DNA from: Bacilli bacterium | GTDB lineage: Bacteria > Bacillota_I > Bacilli_A > RFN20 > CAG-826 | Direction: 5' to 3' | Assembly: GCA_017534425.1 (NCBI GenBank) | Contig: JAFXWB010000052.1 | Span: 1 to 57,757, forward strand | DNA: 57,757 bases | Shown here: piece by piece, positions 18,838 through 27,995 of the stretch | How the letters are laid out: every line of letters begins with the position of its first letter | How positions within the stretch are numbered: position 1 is the first letter of the stretch | Program-made: the position numbers and the translations under genes | Notes under the pieces: model-generated | The model's database searches: none | The model's input: the letters and a program-made list of their open reading frames with translations, nothing else | What the model was told of the DNA's origin: nothing

Positions 18838-20286
18838 ATGAAGAAGTTTAGATTATTTAGTTTAGTTCTCTTTGGTTCATTATTAGGACTTTCAGCTTGT
18901 AAAGCTCCAGCATTTTTAAAGAAAATTCCTGGTTTAAACAAGTTAATTCCTGATGAACAAGAATCTCAAAAAGAAGAAAAACAAGATGAAGACAATAAAC
19001 CATCTGGTGATCAAGGTGGCAATGGCCAACAAGGCGGTGGCGAAGACCAAGGCGAACAAGGCCAAGGCGAACAAGGCCAAGGCGGAGAAGGCCAAGGTGG
19101 TGGTGAAAACCAACAAGCCGGCGAAGGCGCAACTTTTGATTTTTCTGTTTTAAATAGTACAAGTGGCACACAAAAATCTTATTCATTTACAACTGCTTTA
19201 GGAACAAATGCAAGTAATGCTGCACCAGCATATAACGATAGCAAACAAGAATTAAGACTTTATATTGGCAATACCATTACAATTACCGGTACAGCAAATA
19301 TTACATCAATCGCTTTTACCGCTAATACTTGTGGTGAATCAAAAGCAGATGGAACTTTAGAAGCCGATAAAGGCACGTTGAATGGATTTTCTTGGTCTGG
19401 TTCAGCAACAGAAGTTACATTTAATGTAAACTCTGGAAAACAAGTTCATATTAGCAAGATTGACGTTAATGGTGGCGGAGAAGTCGAAGTTACTTTATTA
19501 GAGGAATTCCCACTTGCAGAAGTTCAAGCCGCTATTGAAGAAGGTACAACTGATGAATTCCCAATTCCAGAAGGCGAAGGTTTCTTATTTGAAATTGATA
19601 CAGAATATGAAAATTCTTGCTATGTCACCGTTTACGGTGGAAGTTACACAGATTATCTTGCAGCCTTAGAAGAAGCAGGATTTGCAGTTACTGATTCATA
19701 TGTTGAAAGTACTGGTCTTTACTATGCTGATTCTGAAGGCGGAACATTAGAAATTTCACTTGAAGTTACTGGTGATGATGAATACGTATTAAATTACTAT
19801 GCAATCGAACCAATGCTAGATGAATTCCCAAAAGATCAAGTCGATGCATATCTTGAAGAAAATGGCATTACTGATACATACCCAATTCCAGAAGGAGATA
19901 GCTTTACAGCATCTTTAGATGAAACATATAATACATTTGATGTAAACGTAGTTGGTGGTTCTTCAACTGCTTATATGTCAGCATTAGAAACCGATGGTTT
20001 TACTAAATCTGATGCATATTACTCAGTCGCAGGTTGTTATGCCTTCACAAAAGGTGGACTTGAGATCGATGTCTACACTTGGGATGTTGATAATGAAGCA
20101 ACTTACTACTTGATCTCATTCATGCCTGTCGAATATAAAATATGTAATCTAAAAAAGAGTCTGTACCATAAGGTATGGACTTTTTTATACCGCACATTTA
20201 TAATATTATTCGCGTTGAAGAGAAGTAGTAACTCTACAAGCTTATGTAATAGGGAATGTGGAATAGTGGAACCCACAAGTGCATAA
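18838..20286 (+). CDS. Acidic surface lipoprotein with a G/Q linker, a beta-sandwich domain and two EFP repeats; natural end probably ~20136 (stop apparently lost)
   Basis: Lipobox LSAC. Repeats EFPLAEV..FPIPEG..Y...LEEAGF and EFPKDQV..YPIPEG..Y...LETDGF. The last ~50 codons cross a terminator and the pheS T-box. Confidence 0.75.
   Translation: MKKFRLFSLVLFGSLLGLSACKAPAFLKKIPGLNKLIPDEQESQKEEKQDEDNKPSGDQGGNGQQGGGEDQGEQGQGEQGQGGEGQGGGENQQAGEGATFDFSVLNSTSGTQKSYSFTTALGTNASNAAPAYNDSKQELRLYIGNTITITGTANITSIAFTANTCGESKADGTLEADKGTLNGFSWSGSATEVTFNVNSGKQVHISKIDVNGGGEVEVTLLEEFPLAEVQAAIEEGTTDEFPIPEGEGFLFEIDTEYENSCYVTVYGGSYTDYLAALEEAGFAVTDSYVESTGLYYADSEGGTLEISLEVTGDDEYVLNYYAIEPMLDEFPKDQVDAYLEENGITDTYPIPEGDSFTASLDETYNTFDVNVVGGSSTAYMSALETDGFTKSDAYYSVAGCYAFTKGGLEIDVYTWDVDNEATYYLISFMPVEYKICNLKKSLYHKVWTFLYRTFIILFALKRSSNSTSLCNRECGIVEPTSA
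19048..19098 (+). repeat. 15-bp in-frame tandem repeat encoding a QGEQG linker
   Basis: CAAGGCGAACAAGGC twice, then CAAGGCGGAGAAGGC and a partial copy. Confidence 0.85.
20153..20186 (+). terminator. Intrinsic terminator (copy 2)
   Basis: AGTCTGTACC-ATAA-GGTATGGACT followed by a T-run; stem identical to 18699-18722. Confidence 0.85.
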
Positions 20287-20420
20287 GACGAGCGAATTCA
20301 CCTCGGAGTATCTTCTTGTAATGAGAAGCGTTAGTCGCGTTAAGATGTTAGAGCAAATATTTAATATTTGAATAAGGATGGCACCACGGAGAAATTCGTT
20401 CCTAGTAGGTGCTTTTTATT
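20211..20420 (+). promoter_or_regulatory. T-box riboswitch (Phe) upstream of pheS
   Basis: GAAGAGAAGTAGTA...AGGGAA...GTGGAA stem I, specifier GAA-TTC-ACCTC, T-box variant AATAAGGATGGCACCACGG, then a U-rich terminator. Confidence 0.88.
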
Positions 20421-20439
20421 TATTTTAGGAGGTCAATGT

Positions 20440-21480
20440 ATGTCCGAAATATTCACAAAAGTTGCTGAGCTTAAAGAAAAGATTTTAAGCGATTTAAAAG
20501 AAGTTAAAGATGAACTTTCATTAAAATCTTTCCAAGAGACACACATGTCTAAGAAAAGCGCTCTATCTCAACTTATGAGTGAGATTAGAAACTTAGTTGG
20601 AGAAGAAAAGACAAAGTTTGGTCAGGCAATGAATGATGCTAGAAGCGCTGTTCAAACAGCATTCCAAGCTAAGCAAAAGGAAATTCAAGAAAAAGCAATT
20701 GCAATGAAACTAGAAAGAGAAAAGATTGATATTACTCTTCCTAGCTATAACTACAAATTAGGAGGAATTAATCCTTTCTATTTAATCCAAGATGAAATTA
20801 TTGATACTTTTGTATCAATTGGGTACGAAGTTAAAGAAGGACCAGATGTAGAAACTGATTACTATAACTTTGAAAGAATGAACATTCCTGCTGATCACCC
20901 AGCTAGAGAAATGCAAGATTCTTTGTATATTAATCCAACCACATTACTTAGAACTCATACATCCCCAGAACAAGCTCATGCTATGGATGAAAAGCAGGGC
21001 AAACCACTTATGATGATTTGCCCAGGTAAAACCTATAGAAGAGATGATGATGACGCAACTCACTCACATCAATTTGGACAAGTTGAAGGTTTAGTCGTTG
21101 GCAAAGGCATTACGATGGCAAATCTTAAAGCTACATTAGAACTCTTTGTAAGAAGAATGTTTGGTGAAAAACGTGAAGTTAGATTCCGCGGTTCATATTT
21201 CCCATTTACTGAACCATCAGTTGAAGTTGATATTTCTTGTATGAACTGTGGTGGTAAAGGCTGTTCCATGTGTAAAGGCACCGGATTTATTGAGATTTTA
21301 GGTGCTGGAATGGTCCATCCAAATGTTTTAAAAATGTCAGGTTATGATCCATCAGTTTATAGTGGATTCGCTTTTGGCGTTGGTATTGAAAGAGTCGCAA
21401 TGCTTAGATATGGCATTGATGATATTCGTAAATTCTATCAAGGTGATGTTCGTTTTATCGAACAATTCATCCGTAAATAG
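20440..21480 (+). CDS. pheS: Phenylalanine--tRNA ligase alpha subunit
   Basis: HPAREMQDS, LLRTHTSP, YFPFTEPS, GFAFGVGIER. AGGAGGT RBS before ATG 20440. Confidence 0.98.
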   Translation: MSEIFTKVAELKEKILSDLKEVKDELSLKSFQETHMSKKSALSQLMSEIRNLVGEEKTKFGQAMNDARSAVQTAFQAKQKEIQEKAIAMKLEREKIDITLPSYNYKLGGINPFYLIQDEIIDTFVSIGYEVKEGPDVETDYYNFERMNIPADHPAREMQDSLYINPTTLLRTHTSPEQAHAMDEKQGKPLMMICPGKTYRRDDDDATHSHQFGQVEGLVVGKGITMANLKATLELFVRRMFGEKREVRFRGSYFPFTEPSVEVDISCMNCGGKGCSMCKGTGFIEILGAGMVHPNVLKMSGYDPSVYSGFAFGVGIERVAMLRYGIDDIRKFYQGDVRFIEQFIRK

Positions 21481-21497
21481 TAAAGGAGGTTAATAAA

Positions 21498-23891
21498 ATG
21501 TTAGTTTCATTAAATGAATTAAGAAAATACGTTAATCTTGAAGGATTAACCCCAGAAGAAATTGCACATAGATTAACCTTCGCAGGTGTTGAAGTTGAAT
21601 CTATTAACAAAGTCGCACAAGCATCAAAACTTGTTATTGGTGAAGTTATTATGTGTGAAAACATGGAAAACTCCGACCATTTACACGTTACTAAAGTAAA
21701 TGCCGGCCCAAAGTACGGAACACTTGATATCGTTTGTGGTGCTCCAAACTGTAGAAAAGGCCTAAAGGTCATCGTTGCATTAGATGGCTGTGTCCTTAAA
21801 GGCGGAACTATTAAAAACGGCCAAATTCGTGGTCACGTTAGTAACGGAATGCTTTGTAGCCTAGTAGAACTAGGAGTTGATACAAAGTTTTTATCAGAAG
21901 CTCAACAATCTGGCATTGAAGAATTGCCAGCAGATGCCGAAGTCGGTAACGAAGATGTTTTAGGATATCTTGGTTTAAATGACACGATTTTAGATTTAAA
22001 ATTGCTCGCTAATAGACCAGATATGTATTCAATTCTTAATGCTGCAAAAGAGATTAAAACTTTGTTTGGCAGAGAAGTAAAACTCCCAACTTACGAAGTT
22101 AAAGAAAACCTTGTTTCTAAATTCCCTGCCTCCATTTTAACCGATAAATGTGCACAATTTTCAGCAAGAGTAGTCAAAAATATTAAGGTTGGAGAATCTC
22201 CAAAATGGATGAAAGACGCCCTTAGATCAAGCGGTATTCGTTCCATCAATAATATCGTTGATATTGGTAACTATGTAATGCTTTTAACAGGCCAACCAAT
22301 TCATATGTATGATATGGACAAGCTTGCTAAGCAAGAACTTGTTGTTAGAGATGATTTAGAGCTTGATTTTGTCGCTCTTGATGAAAAGACTTATAAACTC
22401 CAAAAAGGCGACATTTGCATCACTTCAAATGGCAAAGTTATGTGTCTTGGTGGAGTTATGGGTTCACTTGAATGTGCAGTTGATGAAAATACAAAGAATG
22501 TAGTGGTGGAAGCCGCTAACTTCGATTACGCATCAATTAGAAGAACATCAATTAGACTTAACCTTGTTTCGGATTCATCACAAAGATTTGTCAAAGGTAT
22601 TAATCCAAGTCAATGGAAGTTCGTCCAAGACATGACTGCAGTTTTACTTAAAGAGCTTTGTAACGCTAAAGAAATAGGTGAAGTTGTTAACGTCCAAAAT
22701 AAAGAATTTAAGCCAGTTATCATTGAATCAAGCGTTGATTACATCAATGGTAGATTAGGCACAAACTTCTCAAAAGAAACAGTCATCGCTTCTTTAGAAG
22801 CAGCATGGCTTAAAGTAGAAGAAAAGAATGGTAAACTTATCTGTGAAGTTCCAGCACACAGAATTGATATTTCAGGTGAAGCAGATCTTGCTGAAGAAGT
22901 TATTAGAATTAATGGATTTGAAAACATTGAATCCAAACTTCCTGAAATTGAACTTCAACGTGGTGGACTTGAACCTGATTTAGAACACAAAAGAGAAGTT
23001 CGTTCTTATTTAAGAGGAATTGGCATTGACGAAGTTCTTTGCTATTCACTTGTAAGAGAAAAAGAAGTAAAACAATTTGCTATCTTAAATAAAGGTGAAT
23101 CTTATAAGATTCTTAATCCATTAACAGATGAGCATGAATATTTAAGAACAAACCTTTTACCATCATTACTTGCAACACTTTCATATAACTTAAATCACGG
23201 TAATGAAAACTTTGCTATCTTTGAAGTTAGTGATTTATTCACTACTGATGGCAAAAAACATATCCATTTAGCAATCGCATGTACCGGAAACGATTTAAGA
23301 CGTGGTGCAATGGAAGGTGAAGCATATAGTTATTACCATCTAAAAGGTGTCCTTGATGGATTATTTAAGGCATTTAACATTGATGAAAAACGTGTCAACG
23401 TTGAAAGATGTAAAGAAGCTGAATTCCACCCAGGTAAATCAGCTTTGGTTAAGGTTGATGGAAAACCAGTTGCAGTACTTGGTGAACTTCATCCAGCAAC
23501 TTTAAAAGAATTTGATTTATCAGGTGAAAATATTGTTGTTTTAGAAGCAGATTTAGGCCTTATTTTCGGCACGAAAACATCTGCTATTAAGATGCAACAA
23601 ATTAGCAAATATCAGACTGTTAAACGTGACTTTGCATTTGTCTTAACTGACAAGGTTACTTCTAAAGAAGTAGTTAATGAAATATTCAAGGTAAATCGTG
23701 ACGTAATTAAGTCTGTTGAAGTATTCGACGTTTACCACGGTGAGCACGTTAGAGAAGGTCACTATTCATTAGCAGTTTCAGTGTCATTAAATGATACAAA
23801 CAAGACGCTTGGTGAACAAGATATCGTTGCCCTTGAACAAGCTATTATTAAAGCACTTGAAACCAAGTTCGGTGCAGAGCTTAGAAAATAA
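21498..23891 (+). CDS. pheT: Phenylalanine--tRNA ligase beta subunit
   Basis: IVCGAPN, SNGMLCS, ANRPD, DLAEEVIRING, C-terminal anticodon-binding domain. Confidence 0.97.
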   Translation: MLVSLNELRKYVNLEGLTPEEIAHRLTFAGVEVESINKVAQASKLVIGEVIMCENMENSDHLHVTKVNAGPKYGTLDIVCGAPNCRKGLKVIVALDGCVLKGGTIKNGQIRGHVSNGMLCSLVELGVDTKFLSEAQQSGIEELPADAEVGNEDVLGYLGLNDTILDLKLLANRPDMYSILNAAKEIKTLFGREVKLPTYEVKENLVSKFPASILTDKCAQFSARVVKNIKVGESPKWMKDALRSSGIRSINNIVDIGNYVMLLTGQPIHMYDMDKLAKQELVVRDDLELDFVALDEKTYKLQKGDICITSNGKVMCLGGVMGSLECAVDENTKNVVVEAANFDYASIRRTSIRLNLVSDSSQRFVKGINPSQWKFVQDMTAVLLKELCNAKEIGEVVNVQNKEFKPVIIESSVDYINGRLGTNFSKETVIASLEAAWLKVEEKNGKLICEVPAHRIDISGEADLAEEVIRINGFENIESKLPEIELQRGGLEPDLEHKREVRSYLRGIGIDEVLCYSLVREKEVKQFAILNKGESYKILNPLTDEHEYLRTNLLPSLLATLSYNLNHGNENFAIFEVSDLFTTDGKKHIHLAIACTGNDLRRGAMEGEAYSYYHLKGVLDGLFKAFNIDEKRVNVERCKEAEFHPGKSALVKVDGKPVAVLGELHPATLKEFDLSGENIVVLEADLGLIFGTKTSAIKMQQISKYQTVKRDFAFVLTDKVTSKEVVNEIFKVNRDVIKSVEVFDVYHGEHVREGHYSLAVSVSLNDTNKTLGEQDIVALEQAIIKALETKFGAELRK

Positions 23892-24388
23892 TGAGATTAG
23901 ATGTACTTAAACTTCCATATACAAAGGTCTTTGAACTAAAAGAAGATATAGTTTTTGACCCAGAAGTTTTCGTATGCCATATTCCATTAATTAGTGTTGA
24001 ATCTTGTCATGCTGAGCTTAAAGCTCAAAGATTTGAAGAATTTATTTATGTGAACCTTTCAATTAAAGCTAAAGTAGTACTTCAATGTTCATATACATTA
24101 AAGAACTTTGAAACAACTATTGAAGGAAGCGATGAACTCCATTTTGCTCCTTCAAAAGACGAAGATGAAGATTGTATTGAATATAAGGGCACTTCAATTG
24201 AAATGGATCACTACATTTTTAATCTATTAAGTGCTTCTATTCCACTTTCTCCAAAAGCTCCAAATGCTACTGCTACAAAGTCTGGAAAAGGCTATCGAGT
24301 GCTTTCTGAAGAAGAGTTTTTAAAAGAGAAAGAAGAACAAGGCAATTCTCAATTTGATGCATTAAAGGATTTGGAGTTTGATGACTAA
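23891..24388 (+). CDS. YceD/DUF177-family protein
   Basis: LQCSYTL, ASIPL and C-terminal FDALKDL resemble DUF177; size fits. Confidence 0.75.
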   Translation: MRLDVLKLPYTKVFELKEDIVFDPEVFVCHIPLISVESCHAELKAQRFEEFIYVNLSIKAKVVLQCSYTLKNFETTIEGSDELHFAPSKDEDEDCIEYKGTSIEMDHYIFNLLSASIPLSPKAPNATATKSGKGYRVLSEEEFLKEKEEQGNSQFDALKDLEFDD

Positions 24389-25316
24389 CCATATTCCAGT
24401 TTTATTAAACGAAACAATTGAAGGTTTAAATGTAAAACCAGATGGTATTTATGTTGACCTTACTTTAGGTCGTGGAGGACACTCGAAAGAGGTTTTAAAA
24501 CGTCTTAAAACTGGTCGACTCATTTCGTTTGATAAAGACGAAACAGCCATCTTAGAATCGAAAGCCAATTTAGCGGAATTTTCCGAAAAATTTACAGGAA
24601 TTCACGATGATTTTCGCAATTTTCGCAAAGATTTAGATTCGTTAGGAATTGATAAAATTGATGGAATTATGGCCGATTTAGGCGTTTCTTCGCCACAATT
24701 CGATGATGTTTCTAGAGGTTTTTCATACAAAGACGATGCAAGACTCGATATGAGGATGGATAGACGTCAAAAATTCTCCGCTTATGAACTAATTAATACC
24801 TATTCACTCGCTGAACTAACACGTGTCTTTAGAGAATATGGAGAAGACAAATTTTCATATCAAATTGCTAAGAAAATTGTAGAAATTCGTGCTAATAATC
24901 CTATCGAAACAACAACACAATTGGTGGACATTATTAAGTCAGTTAAACCGCAAAAAGAGTTAATGAAAAAGGGTCATCCAGCAAAGCAAATTTTCCAAGC
25001 AATTCGTATTGAAGTTAATGATGAACTCGGAGCATTAAAAGTTGCTCTCAAGGATGCACTTGCTTCATTAAAAATTGGAGGTAGAGCTTGCTTCATAACC
25101 TTCCATTCTCTTGAAGATCGTTTAGTAAAAAATGCGTTTAATGAAGTTTCAAAAGTTGAAGGGACAAGACACAATGTATTTGCTCTTCCAACAGAAAAAG
25201 ATTTACCAGATTTCAAGTTAATTAATAACAGAGTTATTATCGCAAACGAAAATGAACTTGAAATTAATCCAAGAAGTAAATCAGCAAAACTAAGAATAAT
25301 CGAACGAGTTAAGTAA
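24381..25316 (+). CDS. rsmH: 16S rRNA m4C1402 methyltransferase RsmH
   Basis: HIPVLL, VDLTLGRGGHS, DLGVSSPQ, LDMRMD, FQAIRIEVN, ITFHSLEDR, NPRSKSAKLR. Confidence 0.97.
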   Translation: MTNHIPVLLNETIEGLNVKPDGIYVDLTLGRGGHSKEVLKRLKTGRLISFDKDETAILESKANLAEFSEKFTGIHDDFRNFRKDLDSLGIDKIDGIMADLGVSSPQFDDVSRGFSYKDDARLDMRMDRRQKFSAYELINTYSLAELTRVFREYGEDKFSYQIAKKIVEIRANNPIETTTQLVDIIKSVKPQKELMKKGHPAKQIFQAIRIEVNDELGALKVALKDALASLKIGGRACFITFHSLEDRLVKNAFNEVSKVEGTRHNVFALPTEKDLPDFKLINNRVIIANENELEINPRSKSAKLRIIERVK

Positions 25317-25327
25317 TAAATGAAATG

Positions 25328-25356
25328 AAGGCCACATAAAATTGTGGCTTTCTTTT
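25328..25356 (+). terminator. Terminator between rsmH and ftsA
   Basis: AAGGCCACA-TAAAAT-TGTGGCTTT followed by a T-rich tail. Confidence 0.7.
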
Positions 25357-25407
25357 AATATCCTTGATATATCGCTTTTTAATATATACAATATATTGGG
25401 TGAATAT

Positions 25408-26619
25408 ATGGAAAACTATATAAGTGCAATCGAAATATCTGATACCGAAATTAGACTTGCTGTCGGATATGTTAGAGAAAATAAAATCAATTTAATTCAT
25501 GTCGCTCAACGTCCAATTATTGGACTTGTTTCGCATGGTGATATAAATGATTTCCAAACCCTTTCATCAATCATTGCATCGATGAAGGAATTCAAAGATG
25601 AAACCACTAAAGAAAAGATCACAATTAACGAAGCATCTTTAGTTCTTCCATCTTTAGGCTTAAATGTTTTCCAAAGCTCAAAAACAACTAATGTTGTTTC
25701 TCCATATGCAATAATTGCTCAAATTGATATTGAAAATGTTATTTCACTTGTCCAAAAAGAAGCTATTCCAAATGGAAGTGAAATAGTGGATATTATTCCT
25801 GATTCGTTTGTTCTTGAAAAGGGACGTTCATTTATTAATCCTCCAATTAATGAGAAATCAAACAACATTACAGTTAAAGCTAAAATTCACACTTTACCTG
25901 CACATATCGTAAGCGACTATAAGCGTGTACTTGAGAAGGCAGGTATAAAAGTACGCAGAATGTGCGTAAATTCATACGCGATATGCGAGCTCGCTAAGTA
26001 TTGTGAAGATATTCCACAATCATTTATTCTTGTTGATATCGGTGCCGATGTTACAAATGTAACACTTATTGGCAATTCTGCTCCATTTGAAACAATTACT
26101 TTCCCATCAGGTGCTGCTGCACTTATTAATAAAGTTGGTGAAAAGTTTGGTCTTGAATATGCAGATGCACTTGAATTAATTGCAAAATATGGCTTAGACG
26201 AAAGAAAACTCTCATATAAACCAGTTATTGCGACAACATTTGTAAATGGTATTCAAACTCAACATGACCCAGAAAGTTTAAATATGCTCATCAAAGAATT
26301 CTTTGATACAGAGTATTTTGGTAAATTTGATGTTGCATTCGATACATTAATGAAAGGTTATCCAGAACACGTTAAAAATCTTCCAATCGTGTTTGCTGGC
26401 GGACTTACAAAAATGTATGGATTTGATGGACTTGTTAAGAACAAATTCAGAAATAGCGCATCAATTCACTATCTTGAACCTTCATGTATTGGAGCGCGTG
26501 ACACTACATTTAGCGCAATCGTAGGTGCAATATTTGCATCAAGTAAATACAAAGGATCACTTAGTGATACAAGACTTAAAAGCAATCAACTTGAACGAAA
26601 CAAGAACGATAAAGAATAG
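25408..26619 (+). CDS. ftsA: Divergent cell division protein FtsA
   Basis: Actin-fold remnants (VDIGADVT, FAGG), SHS2-like insert IVDIIP..F, and position directly upstream of ftsZ. Confidence 0.8.
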   Translation: MENYISAIEISDTEIRLAVGYVRENKINLIHVAQRPIIGLVSHGDINDFQTLSSIIASMKEFKDETTKEKITINEASLVLPSLGLNVFQSSKTTNVVSPYAIIAQIDIENVISLVQKEAIPNGSEIVDIIPDSFVLEKGRSFINPPINEKSNNITVKAKIHTLPAHIVSDYKRVLEKAGIKVRRMCVNSYAICELAKYCEDIPQSFILVDIGADVTNVTLIGNSAPFETITFPSGAAALINKVGEKFGLEYADALELIAKYGLDERKLSYKPVIATTFVNGIQTQHDPESLNMLIKEFFDTEYFGKFDVAFDTLMKGYPEHVKNLPIVFAGGLTKMYGFDGLVKNKFRNSASIHYLEPSCIGARDTTFSAIVGAIFASSKYKGSLSDTRLKSNQLERNKNDKE

Positions 26620-26628
26620 TAAAGGAGA

Positions 26629-27747
26629 ATGATTATGTACGATGACGGTTTAGATAATTATGAAGCATTTGCCAGAATCATTGTAATTGGTGTTGGCGGT
26701 GCCGGAAATAACGCAGTCAATAGAATGATTGATGATAATATATCATCTGTCGAATTTTATGTTGCAAATACAGATCAACAAGCTCTCTCAAGAAGTAAAG
26801 CTACAAATAGATTGGTTTTAGGACAACAGTCTACTGGCGGTTTAGGCGCCGGGGGAAATCCTGAAATTGGTAGAAAAGCAGCCGAAGAATCTATTGATCA
26901 AATTCGTGAAATCGTTGCTGGCGCTAATTTAGTCTTTATCGCAGCAGGTATGGGTGGGGGCACTGGTACAGGTGCTGCACCTGTAATTGCACAAGCAGCC
27001 AAGGAAGCAGGCGCACTCACAGTTGCAATTGTTACACGTCCATTCACATTCGAAGGTAAGAAACGTATTGCTAACTCAGTCGAAGGTTTAAATAACCTTA
27101 AGGATGCGGTTGATGCAATCATTATCGTTTCTAACGATAAATTGCTTATGGTCAGCGGTACAGCTCCAATTTCTGAAGCATTCGCCGAAAGTGATGGAGT
27201 TCTCGCACAAAGTGTTAAAACTGTTACAGATTTGATTCTTTGCCCAGCATTCATTAACTTAGACTTTGCTGATGTTAGAAACACCTTAAAAGATTCTGGC
27301 ATTTCACTTATTGGATTTGGAATGGGCTCTGGTCCAAACCGTGCTCAAGAAGCAGCGAATAACGCAATCAATTCTCCACTTCTTGAAGCAAGCATTAATG
27401 GTGCACAACGCGCCATTTGTGCAGTTACATGTGGACGTGAGGTTTCGCTTTACGAAGCACAAGAGACAGTCAATAAAATTATTGAAGCAGCAGGCAACTC
27501 AGTAGATATTAAGTTTGGTGTTTCAATTAATGAAGAACTTACCGATCAGATACTTGTATCTGTTATCGCTTCTGACTTCACTGAAGAATTTGACTTCACA
27601 CATGTTCCAACATATGATCGTCCAGTTCAAGCAAGTCAACAAGCACAACAACAAGTTGAAAATAAAGCAAACGAAGAGAATGAAGAAAACGCTCATGACG
27701 AAAAAGATTCGTTCCTTCCAAATTTCTTAAAAGATAAAAATCTTTAA
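26629..27747 (+). CDS. ftsZ: Cell division protein FtsZ
   Basis: GVGGAGNNAV, GMGGGTGTG, PFTFEG, INLDFADV, C-terminal peptide FLPNFL. Confidence 0.98.
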   Translation: MIMYDDGLDNYEAFARIIVIGVGGAGNNAVNRMIDDNISSVEFYVANTDQQALSRSKATNRLVLGQQSTGGLGAGGNPEIGRKAAEESIDQIREIVAGANLVFIAAGMGGGTGTGAAPVIAQAAKEAGALTVAIVTRPFTFEGKKRIANSVEGLNNLKDAVDAIIIVSNDKLLMVSGTAPISEAFAESDGVLAQSVKTVTDLILCPAFINLDFADVRNTLKDSGISLIGFGMGSGPNRAQEAANNAINSPLLEASINGAQRAICAVTCGREVSLYEAQETVNKIIEAAGNSVDIKFGVSINEELTDQILVSVIASDFTEEFDFTHVPTYDRPVQASQQAQQQVENKANEENEENAHDEKDSFLPNFLKDKNL

Positions 27748-27757
27748 TTGATTAAAT

Positions 27758-27977
27758 ATCCTAGAAGACAAGTTTACTTAAGCTCTGTTAATAGCGAGTT
27801 AGCGATGGTGGAAGGCTAATAAACAACTTAAGATAAATATCACTTCTTTGTAAGGGTTCTGAAAAAAAGTAAGAACTCCGGAGGTCTCCGTTATAGACAT
27901 AATTAAGTGCTCTTACTAATGTAAGGGAATTAAGGTGGTACCACGTTAAAGCGTCCTTAAATGGGATGCTTTTATTT
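27758..27977 (+). promoter_or_regulatory. T-box riboswitch (Ile) upstream of ileS
   Basis: AGCGAG...GGTGGAAG stem I, specifier AAT-ATC-ACTTC, T-box AATTAAGGTGGTACCACG, terminator GCGTCC...GGATGC-TTTT. Confidence 0.9.
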
Positions 27978-27995
27978 GTAAAAAGGAGTAAAACA

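Noticed and set aside
19020-19110. G/Q-rich repeats as a CRISPR array or phase-variation tract
   Set aside because: The 15-bp unit is in frame with no spacers; copy-number change would only alter linker length.
20368-20439. N-terminal extensions given by the ORF track for pheS, ileS, ftsA, dnaB, dnaI, the amylase, 45070 and malG
   Set aside because: The upstream starts fall within T-box terminators, promoters or previous genes. Downstream ATGs fit the SD or promoter positions and expected family N-termini better.
24750-24760. Arginine codon reassignment (AGG to Met or CGG to Trp, reported in some uncultured Bacilli)
   Set aside because: AGG encodes the invariant Arg of RsmH LDMRMD (24753-24755), and CGG encodes Arg in the conserved KRG of the YafQ toxin. 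The CGG evidence is one codon in a possibly acquired gene, so it is weaker.
26898-27302. Antisense and alternate-frame ORFs in the track (e.g. 687-890, 6184-6441, 18857-19186, 21467-21772, 26898-27302, 36485-36772, 46627-46941, 48351-48650)
   Set aside because: They are shadows of well-supported genes, with no recognisable motifs or RBS.
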